IMG/VR virus record: IMGVR_UViG_3300023202_000135
Location: 26,693 to 90,692 of that record
From: a virus
Direction: 5' to 3' (one strand)
Length of the DNA stretch: 64,000 nt
Part shown: piece after piece, positions 33,423-42,600 of the stretch
Layout: each line of letters starts with the position of its first letter
How positions within the stretch are numbered: position 1 is the first letter of the stretch
The notes under the pieces: generated by a model
The model's input: the letters and a program-made list of their open reading frames with translations, nothing else
Told to the model about the DNA's origin: nothing
Databases searched by the model: none
Program-made: the position numbers and the translations under genes

Positions 33423-34928
33423 TCAAGGCGACGGGGTGAGATTGATCCTTACGTAAAAATTGGGGTTGACCATCTTCGTCGCGTAGCGGCTGGCGAGGCC
33501 CTTCTGATGCAGGAAGTCGGCCGTGACCAGGGTCTCGGTCGTGTACATCATCTGGTAGGGCGACCAGACGAGGCCCGCTTGGTAGAAGTCGTTGCCCTTG
33601 TAGCCCATGAGGACGTTGCCGTCCGGGCTGGCATTCGGCTCCTTGTCCAGGTGGATGTCCTTGTACACGCGGAACTTGTTGAGCAGCGTTCCGATGTAGT
33701 GGAGACCCTGGACGTTCGCGGGGCGCGGCGCGGCCTGGAACATGCCGGCGGGGAGGGACTCGATGAGGGTCGAGGCCTGCTCGTCGACGATGAGCCAGTT
33801 GCCATACCCCTTCTGCGTCGCCGCCCAAATCTTGTTGGAGGCGTTGTTGAGGGGGATGGCGAAGTCCCGGTAGTGGTCGGTGATGTTGAAGCCGGGGCTC
33901 GCACCGGGGGTCTTCGCGAACGTGTCGACGACCGGCGCCACCTGCCACATCTCGTGGATGAGCTGGCGGGCGATCTCGAAGTTCATCTGCTCGGCCGCAC
34001 CGGTGATGAGGTTGGGCTCCAGCGAGACGCCGAACTCCTGGAGGATGTCGTGGACGGCCTCCATGCTGTAGTTCAGCTTCATGGCCCGACGCTCGGTCTC
34101 CACGGTGGAGGTCGTGATCTGCACGTCCACCTGCGGGGTGAGCTGCGACCCCTCGCTGTCCCAGCGGTAGCGGGCGATGATCGGCTGGGAGTTGTCGACG
34201 GCACCCGAGAAGGTGACGCTGACCGCACCGGTCTTGTAGTCGATGCTGCCGGTGACGCCGCTCAGGAACCCGCCGTTGCCGTTGTCGTAGACGGTCTCGG
34301 CGGTGCCGGAGACGATCGCCGTGACGGACACGGTGCCCGGAGCCACGCCGCCGCCGTCGTGGTAGACGAGCGTTCCGGCGTAGGTCGCGGCGGCGCCGTC
34401 ACCCTGGGCGATGACCTCGGCGTCGATCACTTCGTTGGAGAAGTTGAAGCCGCTGTCCTGCTTGCCGGTGTTGGCGTCGAAGAGGCGCATGCCGGGGGTG
34501 TAGCTGCCCTTGGCCTGATCTCCGCCGACGATCCAGTTCCAGTAGACGACGGTCGCGATCTTGCGGGTCGTCACCTGGACCGAAACGAGGTCGGTGATCG
34601 GGTTGGTCGGGAAGCCGGCCCGGATGATGGGGAAGATGTAGTCGGAGAAGCCGCCGACCAGCGCGGAGCGGGTGGCCTCGTCGAGAGTGACGAGCCCGTT
34701 CTCGTTGAGCTTGCGGCGGGACTTCGACGCCATCCAGCGCTTGGCATTCTCCATCACCAGGGCGGTGGAGGCGCGCATGTAGTCGTCGTCGATTCGGAGG
34801 TCACCGTAGTCAGACTCCGTGAAATACTCGGCCCAGCCGCCTTCGGATTCGGGGAGTTCCGACAGACGCAGACCGGCTTCCAGGACGCCCTCGAAGATGC
34901 CTCCCTGTTGCAGAGCAAGTTCGCTCAT
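33423..34928 (-). CDS. gp23: Major capsid protein (gp23-like)
   Basis: FPIIRAGFP...DLVSVQ, R.MK..YSMEA..D, EIARQLI, GNWLIV, YIGTL, LMGYKG, WSPY, GLASRYA motifs. Confidence 0.95.
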   Translation of the reverse strand: MSELALQQGGIFEGVLEAGLRLSELPESEGGWAEYFTESDYGDLRIDDDYMRASTALVMENAKRWMASKSRRKLNENGLVTLDEATRSALVGGFSDYIFPIIRAGFPTNPITDLVSVQVTTRKIATVVYWNWIVGGDQAKGSYTPGMRLFDANTGKQDSGFNFSNEVIDAEVIAQGDGAAATYAGTLVYHDGGGVAPGTVSVTAIVSGTAETVYDNGNGGFLSGVTGSIDYKTGAVSVTFSGAVDNSQPIIARYRWDSEGSQLTPQVDVQITTSTVETERRAMKLNYSMEAVHDILQEFGVSLEPNLITGAAEQMNFEIARQLIHEMWQVAPVVDTFAKTPGASPGFNITDHYRDFAIPLNNASNKIWAATQKGYGNWLIVDEQASTLIESLPAGMFQAAPRPANVQGLHYIGTLLNKFRVYKDIHLDKEPNASPDGNVLMGYKGNDFYQAGLVWSPYQMMYTTETLVTADFLHQKGLASRYATKMVNPNFYVRINLTPSP

Positions 34929-34986
34929 GGGAAGTTCCTTTCGGATGTTGGTTGGTGTGCTTGGTTGAGGAAGAACGAGGTGATGT

Positions 34987-36870
34987 TCAGCGGCCGATCT
35001 TGGACACCGCCGCAGCCGCTTGCTTCACGCCGGGGCTGACTTGGTGCCCGTTCGCGGGTCGGTCGGGGACATCGGAGGTCGATTCGACCATGAGCCCTCG
35101 ACGTAGCGCGGAGCGTTGCGGAACAGGCGAGTCTTCTGGCTCATCCTCCCCTTCGGCCAGGACCGGCTCGGCCGTCTTGTCCTTGGGGGCCTGCCCGACG
35201 ATCATGGGCGCGAGGCCCTCGACCATCTCCGCAAGCTGTTCGAGCGTAGTGGCCTCCTCCAGAACCTTGCGGTAGCGCGCCAAGGCGGGCTGGGCCGCAA
35301 GGACCAGTTCGAGGGCCTCGTCCACCGGTTCTCCGGTTTCGGGGGTCTCCACGATGGGCGCAGGCGCCCGGGTCCGCTCGATCAGTTGGTTGGCAAGTTC
35401 TCGGTGGCCGCTCGACTCGCGTCCCGCCGCTTCTGCGGCCTCAGCCAGTCGCCATGCCTCGTCGCGGTTCGCTTCTGCTTCCGCAACCTTCTGCCGGAGT
35501 TCGCCCGCGCCTTCACGCAGGCGACGATTCTCAGATGTTAGCTGCTTGAGTCGCGATTGCAACTCCTCGACTACGGCCTTGAAGCCGGCTTCGTGTTTGG
35601 CTGTCGCAGCCTCCGTCACCGCGCCGATCGACTCGTCGATCGAGGCCCCGACCGTGATCCCATCCAGCATCGGGCCGATGGACTCGGCCACCTTGCCGAG
35701 GAGCCAGTCGCTCAGGGCGGCCTTGTCGCTATCAGAGAGGTCTTCCCGGGCCCGTGCCTGGGACCACTTCCGGTGGAGCTGGGCCGTCAGCTCGATGGGG
35801 TTGCCGGAGACCTCCTGGAGGGCCTCCAGGAGGGGCAGGAAAGGCTCCTGGAGGCCCTCCTCGGACACCTCGGCGCCCTGGGCCGCCTCGCCAGATAGGC
35901 CCTCAGCGGCGCTCTCTGCGAACTTGAGCATGATGGGCTGGCCGTTGGCCGGGCAGGCCGCGAAGTGGGTCAGGTCGCCGCAAGGCTGGTCCAGGGCCTC
36001 GAACACGAGGTCGACGTGGTCCTGCCCGCAGCGCGCGCAAGTCTTGACCGTAGTGGTGTGGGTGTCGTCGCCCTCCTTGAGCGACTTCTTGCGCTGCACG
36101 GCCGGGGCGTCGGCGCCGGCACCTTTGGACAGGTTGGCGTAGGCGCCTGGGGTGGACGGGCGCATGACCGCGTCCCAGCACTCCAGGATGTAGGTCTCGG
36201 GGCTGACCTTGCCGCTCTCGTCGACCTCGCCGTTGCCGCGAGTCGACACGCCCCAGCGCACGCCCTTGCGGGTGAGTTCCTGGAGGATGAGGCCAGACGG
36301 GGTATCGAGCAGCTCGTGACGAGCCCACACCACGCCGTCCTCCTGGAGCTTGGCCTGGGTAGTGACGAGGGCGACCTCCTTGCCGTCCGTGCGGCCGTCC
36401 TTCGGGTGCTCGAAATGGCCGGTCATCCCGCGCTCGTTGATGCGCTCCAGGATCGGTGACTTTTTGTCACCGAACAGCTTCTCCCAAATCTCCTTCGGGT
36501 AGTAGCGCTTGTTCGCGTTGCGGACGCCGGACCGCTGGCCGGGGCCTTCGACGAACCACCGGCCGTCTTTGGGTAGGGGTACGGTCTCGCCGTTGGGGAG
36601 CTTGCGCTCGACAAGTTCGAGGTCGTTGAAGTTCTCGACCAGCGTCAGGTTGTCGTTCTGCTGGAAGCTCTCGCAGAGCGAGTTGCCCTGCTTGGTGGCC
36701 CGCCCTTCCGCGAACCAGACCTTGTCCTTCTGTGTGACGTACGAGACCTCGGGGGTGAACACGAGGTTGAGGTCGCCGCCCGATTCGAGGAGGCCCTGGT
36801 AGCTGTCCCAATCCTCGATCCAGCCTTCGCAAAGGAGCCGGCGATTAGTAGCTGGGGTACGGGGTGGCAT
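34987..36870 (-). CDS. gp21: Prohead protease (gp21-like) fused to a coiled-coil scaffold region
   Basis: NANKRYYP, GHFEHP, LLDTPSG.IL..L, GVSTRGNG, WDAVMRPSTPGAY; coiled-coil C-terminal half. Confidence 0.9.
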   Translation of the reverse strand: MPPRTPATNRRLLCEGWIEDWDSYQGLLESGGDLNLVFTPEVSYVTQKDKVWFAEGRATKQGNSLCESFQQNDNLTLVENFNDLELVERKLPNGETVPLPKDGRWFVEGPGQRSGVRNANKRYYPKEIWEKLFGDKKSPILERINERGMTGHFEHPKDGRTDGKEVALVTTQAKLQEDGVVWARHELLDTPSGLILQELTRKGVRWGVSTRGNGEVDESGKVSPETYILECWDAVMRPSTPGAYANLSKGAGADAPAVQRKKSLKEGDDTHTTTVKTCARCGQDHVDLVFEALDQPCGDLTHFAACPANGQPIMLKFAESAAEGLSGEAAQGAEVSEEGLQEPFLPLLEALQEVSGNPIELTAQLHRKWSQARAREDLSDSDKAALSDWLLGKVAESIGPMLDGITVGASIDESIGAVTEAATAKHEAGFKAVVEELQSRLKQLTSENRRLREGAGELRQKVAEAEANRDEAWRLAEAAEAAGRESSGHRELANQLIERTRAPAPIVETPETGEPVDEALELVLAAQPALARYRKVLEEATTLEQLAEMVEGLAPMIVGQAPKDKTAEPVLAEGEDEPEDSPVPQRSALRRGLMVESTSDVPDRPANGHQVSPGVKQAAAAVSKIGR

Positions 36871-37222
36871 TCCGCTTCTCCTTGAAGACGTCGGGAACCT
36901 TAGGGGTTCGATCGAAGAGCGCGATGACCGCTCCGTTGTGGAAGATGGCCTGGGCCGCCCCGAACTCTCGGGCCCGGTCTACCGATTCCAGGCCGATCTC
37001 GTGGTGACCCCACAGACGAAACTGCCGGGCGATGACGGTGGGGTTGGAGCCGAGTGCGAACGACGGAACGTCACCGTCATCACCTTCGTCGATGTAGATC
37101 GTGTAGGACTCCATGTAGTTGTCGTACACGAGCACAAAGAAGTCGCCCGGAAGTTCGGGCGGAAGTTCGGCGTCGATGCCTACCCGCGGGCCGAGGCCTC
37201 TACGCTTCTTCTTCGTCGCCAT
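36845..37222 (-). CDS. Hypothetical protein
   Basis: 125 aa, packed within the head operon. Confidence 0.65.
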   Translation of the reverse strand: MATKKKRRGLGPRVGIDAELPPELPGDFFVLVYDNYMESYTIYIDEGDDGDVPSFALGSNPTVIARQFRLWGHHEIGLESVDRAREFGAAQAIFHNGAVIALFDRTPKVPDVFKEKRNATPYPSY

Positions 37223-37397
37223 GCTCGGACACCAGAACGTGATCGGGTGAGAGGTCGGTCGTGCAGTGCGGACACGACCGCGGGCCCTCCTGCAAGGGAA
37301 GCGGGAATCCGCACGACGGACACACCGTGCGGTTCCCTTCTTCGAGCCCCTCGTCGAGGCGGGGCTTCCGGACGGTGAGGTAACGCGCCGCCGTCAC
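37200..37397 (-). CDS. Small Zn-ribbon protein
   Basis: CPSCG...CPHC, 65 aa, overlaps its neighbours. Confidence 0.65.
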   Translation of the reverse strand: MTAARYLTVRKPRLDEGLEEGNRTVCPSCGFPLPLQEGPRSCPHCTTDLSPDHVLVSEHGDEEEA

Positions 37398-37924
37398 GAC
37401 ACCGACCGGTTGAGGTGGCCTTCGTCACCGAGCGGGCGGCCCACGGCGGCGGCTCCCGCGAGCGCGAACAGGCCGTTGGCGTAACGGACCTGGACCCGAC
37501 CCCGGGCCGTCTCCGCTTCGTCAGCGTCGGTGAGGCGGAAGAGGTGGTAGGGGAACTGCGCGTCCTGCACCGTGAACACGACCTTGCCCCCCGGCTCCAC
37601 CTGGATCGACGCGACGTCGGCACCGTTGTGGTGCACGTCGGCCGCGACGTAGTCGGTCCCGTCCCCGACGCCGGTTGCGTTCGGGTCGGTCTCATCGACG
37701 TCGACCTGATAGTCGTTGTCGGGGCTCTTGTCGACGAAGATGGAGAAGGGGCTGGAGCCGTCGTTGATGACGGTGCACTCCAGCGGGGCGTCGGCCACGT
37801 TGCCGGCCCCGAGGTCGCTTCCGAGCGGGAACCGGGACCGCTTGACCACGCCGATGTGGTGGGGGGTGTCGAACCGCTCACCGGGGAACCCGATGAGGAA
37901 CTCGGTGTAGTGGGGGTCAGCCAT
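37394..37924 (-). CDS. Putative head-associated structural protein
   Basis: 176 aa, beta-rich; resembles the C terminus of 38021-38773. Confidence 0.65.
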   Translation of the reverse strand: MADPHYTEFLIGFPGERFDTPHHIGVVKRSRFPLGSDLGAGNVADAPLECTVINDGSSPFSIFVDKSPDNDYQVDVDETDPNATGVGDGTDYVAADVHHNGADVASIQVEPGGKVVFTVQDAQFPYHLFRLTDADEAETARGRVQVRYANGLFALAGAAAVGRPLGDEGHLNRSVS

Positions 37925-38020
37925 GGCCGGCTCCTGTAACAGAAGAAGGGCGGGAAGCCAGCGGGTCGTCGTCGCTGACCCCCCGCCCTAGGGGTTCGAG
38001 GTCTGTCCCTGACCGTCCGC

Positions 38021-38773
38021 TCAGATGCGGACGATGTCCAGGTTGTTCGCCTCGCGGACCTGGAACCGGCCGCGGCCACCGCCGAGGGCGGCGAGGCCGA
38101 GGTAGTTGTCCTTGCCCTGCCGGAGGATGACCTTGAAGGACTTGCTCGCGCCGGGCTTGACCGCCACGCTGGTCACGGCCTCGGTGTTGTTCGGCGCCGT
38201 GGTGGCCGCCCAATTCTTGCCGTCCTCGGAGACGAGGAGCGACACGGTGAGGTCGTCCTGGTTCTGGATGTCGGCCTCGACGCCGATCGTCAGCGGACCG
38301 CCGCGGTCGTCCTTGGACCGGAAGATCAGCGGCAGGTCGGTGCCGCCCTCGCGGGGGTCGGCCTCGCCGGTGCCGCCGGAGAGGTTGGTCGGGGCGATCT
38401 CGAAGGCGACGTCGGCGCCGGTCGAAGCGCCCTCGTCGGCGGCGGTGACCAGAGCCGAAGCCTCGGTGTCACCGTTGATGGCGTTGATGACCTCCTCGAT
38501 GGTCGAGGTGGCGGCGCCGGCGCCATCGGTGGCGGAGTTGACGATGATGGTCTCGCCTTCGACGACGACGCTGAGCGGGGTGTCCTCGCCTGCGACGCGC
38601 AGCTCGAAGACGATGTCGTTGCCCTCTTCGCCGTCGTCCACGGCGGTGAGGTTGAAGTCGTCGTTGGTGAGGGGGCCGTCGAACACGGCGGTCGCGGCGG
38701 CCACCGACAGAGCACCCGTTGCGGGGGCGCCGAAATCGTAGTTGGCCACGTGGGCTACCTGGGTCTGAGGCAT
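38021..38773 (-). CDS. Putative structural/decoration protein with a sheath-like inserted domain
   Basis: AAGGAG RBS; LTAVDDGEEGNDI...INAIN...LSGG segment. Confidence 0.75.
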   Translation of the reverse strand: MPQTQVAHVANYDFGAPATGALSVAAATAVFDGPLTNDDFNLTAVDDGEEGNDIVFELRVAGEDTPLSVVVEGETIIVNSATDGAGAATSTIEEVINAINGDTEASALVTAADEGASTGADVAFEIAPTNLSGGTGEADPREGGTDLPLIFRSKDDRGGPLTIGVEADIQNQDDLTVSLLVSEDGKNWAATTAPNNTEAVTSVAVKPGASKSFKVILRQGKDNYLGLAALGGGRGRFQVREANNLDIVRI

Positions 38774-38865
38774 GGGTGCTCTCCTTGGTTAGTTCCAGGA
38801 CGGTGAATCGAAGTAGGCGCGTTACGCCTGTAGTGGACTCGATTGTGCGACACGCTCAATCAAAG

Positions 38866-39612
38866 TCAAAGGGAAGTGACAGAGGAAGCGAGCCGCCGGA
38901 GAATCTCCTGGGCGTCCTCTTGAGGTCCGCGATTCGACTCGAACTGTTGGACCTCGCCGTAGGTGACGTCGGCTCGATCGAGCCGCTCGTAGGGCCGGAG
39001 AAGTGACACAGCGTCACCGGCGACCCGACCCCACCCTTCAATCAGGGTGAGGAAAAAGGGGTGCTGGTATGTTGCACAGGCGGATCCGCCATCATCCGCC
39101 AGCACCAGCACATCGACAGGATACCCGTCCTTGTAGGCAGGCAAGGCTGCGATGCGACGATCGCCACCCTGTGTCGTAGTTGGCTCCTCTTGGTCGCGGA
39201 TCAGCTCGATCCACTGCGGGATGGCGTAGGGCTTGTTCTCGTAACGGAATGCCGCGTCCACTTGGCGGAGCCGGGCGACGTACTCCTCGCGCTCCAGTAG
39301 GGTTGCGGTGCGGTGTTCCTGGAGCGCGTCTTCCTGCTCCGAGCTATCAGGGCCGAGGATGGCGATGGCTTCTTCGTTGTTGTAGAGCACCCACTCGCCT
39401 TCGTCGCGCACGGGCTTGATGATGCCCGGGGCTTCGTTGAGGCCGTAATAGGGCTGTGGCGTGTCCGTCTGCCACCACCCAGCGTAGAGGAGCAGCGTGC
39501 GCCCCGACTGCTCGTCGTGGAACGCCGCGTCGAGGAGCCACTGGTCGCCGGTGCCTCCGACGACTATGCGGCGGCCGGCGAGGCAAGATCGGAATAGTAG
39601 TGCGTGGTCCAT
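38866..39612 (-). CDS. Hypothetical protein coupled to the giant polyvalent gene
   Basis: 248 aa, starts 8 nt after the stop of the 2925-aa ORF. Confidence 0.7.
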   Translation of the reverse strand: MDHALLFRSCLAGRRIVVGGTGDQWLLDAAFHDEQSGRTLLLYAGWWQTDTPQPYYGLNEAPGIIKPVRDEGEWVLYNNEEAIAILGPDSSEQEDALQEHRTATLLEREEYVARLRQVDAAFRYENKPYAIPQWIELIRDQEEPTTTQGGDRRIAALPAYKDGYPVDVLVLADDGGSACATYQHPFFLTLIEGWGRVAGDAVSLLRPYERLDRADVTYGEVQQFESNRGPQEDAQEILRRLASSVTSL

Positions 39613-39620
39613 GGGTTACC

Positions 39621-42600
39621 TCACAGCTTGAGCGCGGCGTGCTTCTTCTTCGCGGTGGCGGCCGTGACGACAACATCCTCCAGCCCGCGGCCGAACGCAA
39701 ACTTGGTGATACCCCGTTGCTTGAGCGCCTCGCGTGCCTGGACGACGCTCATCGACGGGATGATGAACAAGCACCGCCGTAGGTCGATGCCGTGCCGGAA
39801 TATGATCTGGTGGCTCGACCCGATCGACGCCTGTGACCGCAGCATCGACTTGCCCATCTCCAGCCACACCTCGGGCGTGTTGTACCGGGTCGAGGACAAG
39901 TTGGCAAAACTGTCGCCGGTGCCGCACATCTTGGTGTCGGTCTCCAGCATAGCGTCTATCGAGAAGTACAGGTACCCGGATCCGCCCGTGATGCTATGTA
40001 CCGCGTTGGTGAACGCGTGGTCCCCGCCACCGTTGTTGGCGTCCTGCGACTGCGACCCCGAGCCCGCGCCGCCGCCGGGGGGCACGCCGTAGAAGGGTAG
40101 TCGGTTCGCGGTCGGGGCGAGCATCGGCACGCCGCCGAGGATCATCTTGTCGACGTTGCCAGAGTGGGAGACCATCGCCTCCTTGCCTCCGTTGATCTTC
40201 CGCCACGCCTCGCGGTAGGCCTCGGACGTCCACCCGAGGAAGTGGTGTTTGCGGTACCCGCCTTCCCCGTCGACGGCCGAGAGCTGGCCGTCGATCTGAC
40301 CGGCAGTGAGTTCCTGGAGCTTCGACACGCTGACGCCGAGCTGCTGGGCGAGGAAAGCCTGCATCTTCTCGATCACTTCGTCGGGCACGTCCTGGTCCGG
40401 GTCCGAGGACATGTAGGTGTTGAGCGCGTCCTGGAGGCCTCCGGTCGGGACGATGCTGCCGGCGCTGCTGGGGTTGGCTGCGGCGACCTCTGCCACGGTC
40501 AGCGTGTCTCCCGCGTTGATTTTCTTCTGGTAGCTCGGCTTGATGAGGATCTTGGTGCCTTCGACCTCGTAGTGTTCCCCGCGCACGAGCACGCGACCGT
40601 TGTGGCGCACGCCGTATTTGTCCGGGTCGATCGCGCCGTTCCACCCCGCAGGTAAGGATGCCTGAACGCCTTCGGGCAAATCGCCTGAGACGCTGATGTC
40701 ATAAGTGTCCTTGTTCGGGTCCGCGGCGATCGTCCGGCGGGATTTGACGTTCATGTACGCCGCCGATTGCTTCGACCAGAACAAGGCCTCGCGATCCTTC
40801 TTCGTCGACGGGCGCATCGGGATCTGCGACGCAACCTCGAACAGAGCCAGGGCGCGCTTCACGGTGGCCGGCGAGGGCGTCCCGGGGACATAGGCCCAGC
40901 AGAATCCGTGCCACGTCTTGGCGCCGCCGACCTGGACAGGGGAGAAGAACATCTTGGCCCCGCCCTGCTTCTCGCCAATGCGGAACGATCCGCGGTGATT
41001 GAGCGATTGCGAGGTCGAGGCCTCCAGGAGCTTGATGCGCATAATGCCGGCGTCGTCGACGTAGGCGTCGGGACCGGGCGTGGACGTCGAGAAGTCGACC
41101 TCGATGTTGGGGAGATCCTGGGGTAGTGGCTCTTCGACTTCCTCGCCTTGGGCCTGCGCGAGCCACGCATCGTAATCGAAGGTGAACGGCGAGAAGATCG
41201 CGCCGTCGTTGACCTTGGGGTAGCTCTTCCAATCGTCCTTCGGTTCCGTCGCGCCGGCCGCGACTGACTTGATCTCGCTGATCCACTGGAGGTAGGTACC
41301 GGCCATGTTGAAGACGGCCTCGGGGGCGTCTTTCGGTGCGCCGGCCTTGCCCGCCTTCACCTTGTACAGCTCGCCCGATCCGAGCTTCCCCTCGGCCTCG
41401 TCCTGGAGCGCGGTGAGGACGGCGGTGAGAACATCGACGGCGGTGAGCGTGTCCTGGTTGAACTTCGGCGGGTTCTCCTCCCCGGCGATGGCCTTGTTGA
41501 GGTGGAAGTTCACGGTCTTCACGGCCTTCGTGATGGCGTCCGCGAAGCCGTTGTGCGAATCCGTAGTGGATGGCTGGACGCCGATGGGCTGGAGCGTACC
41601 GATCCCGCCGCCCTTCGTCACGGACATAGGGTTGACGGTGATCTTGTTGAGCGCCTCGACGGCCGCGACGGACGCGTACTCCGTGACCTTCCACGTGAGG
41701 ATAGTGACGTCGGAGTCGTCCTTCATCTTCGCGTGCTTGACCCATACCTCCTGGTTCTCGATTGAAGCCTTGTCGACGCGCACCGTGCGTCCGGCCCACT
41801 TCGCGTCGATCGCCTTCTTGATGTCGAGCGCCTCCTCTTCGGTCATGCCGAATTGCTCCGGGCTCGCATCGAGCACCTGGACGGGCGCGCTCTTGACCGG
41901 GACGGTCTCGGGCCACGCGAACAGCTTGTTGAGCTTCTTGAGTGCCTTGGTCCACGCGTCGAAGTAGTTATCCCGCCACGCCACCACGTCCGCGATGACC
42001 TCGGCCCGCTTCTTGGGCTTGTAATCGAGCGCATCGAAGAGGGGCTGGAGCGCCCCCTCGATCGCGACGTCGGGGATGGACTGGATGTCCGCGATGGTGC
42101 GGCGCATCGACACGAAGGCCGAATCAGGGATCACGGACGGGTCCTTGGCGTAGGCCAAGAGCAGGGTCTTGGTGACGGCTTGCCCGTGAACGCCGCTGGG
42201 GGTGAACTTGGGGTCGAGCTTCGGCGCCATCTTGTTCGTAGTGAAGAAGCGGAAGCTCTGCCCCTTGTCGATCGGCCGCAGTTTGCCGTTGACGAGGATC
42301 CAATTGGACGGGTTGCCGTCGTGGTCCTGCGTGAACATGTCCAGCGCATGCTGCTGGAGGAGGATCACCTTGTTCTGGTTGTCGAGCCCGGTCGGGTCGT
42401 CCGGCACCGGCGACTGCTCGCCCTCCCACAGCGGTTGCAGCGCCCACTTCTTGCCCTCGAACTCCACGACGCGCACCGGGTTGGTGTTGCTGGTCACGAG
42501 GCCGAACAGCTTCGATGCCGCTTCTTCCGCGTGGAGGCGCGCGGTGTTCCCGTTGTCGACGCCCTTGAGGCCCTTGGCGATAAAGTTGAGGCCCGTCTCG

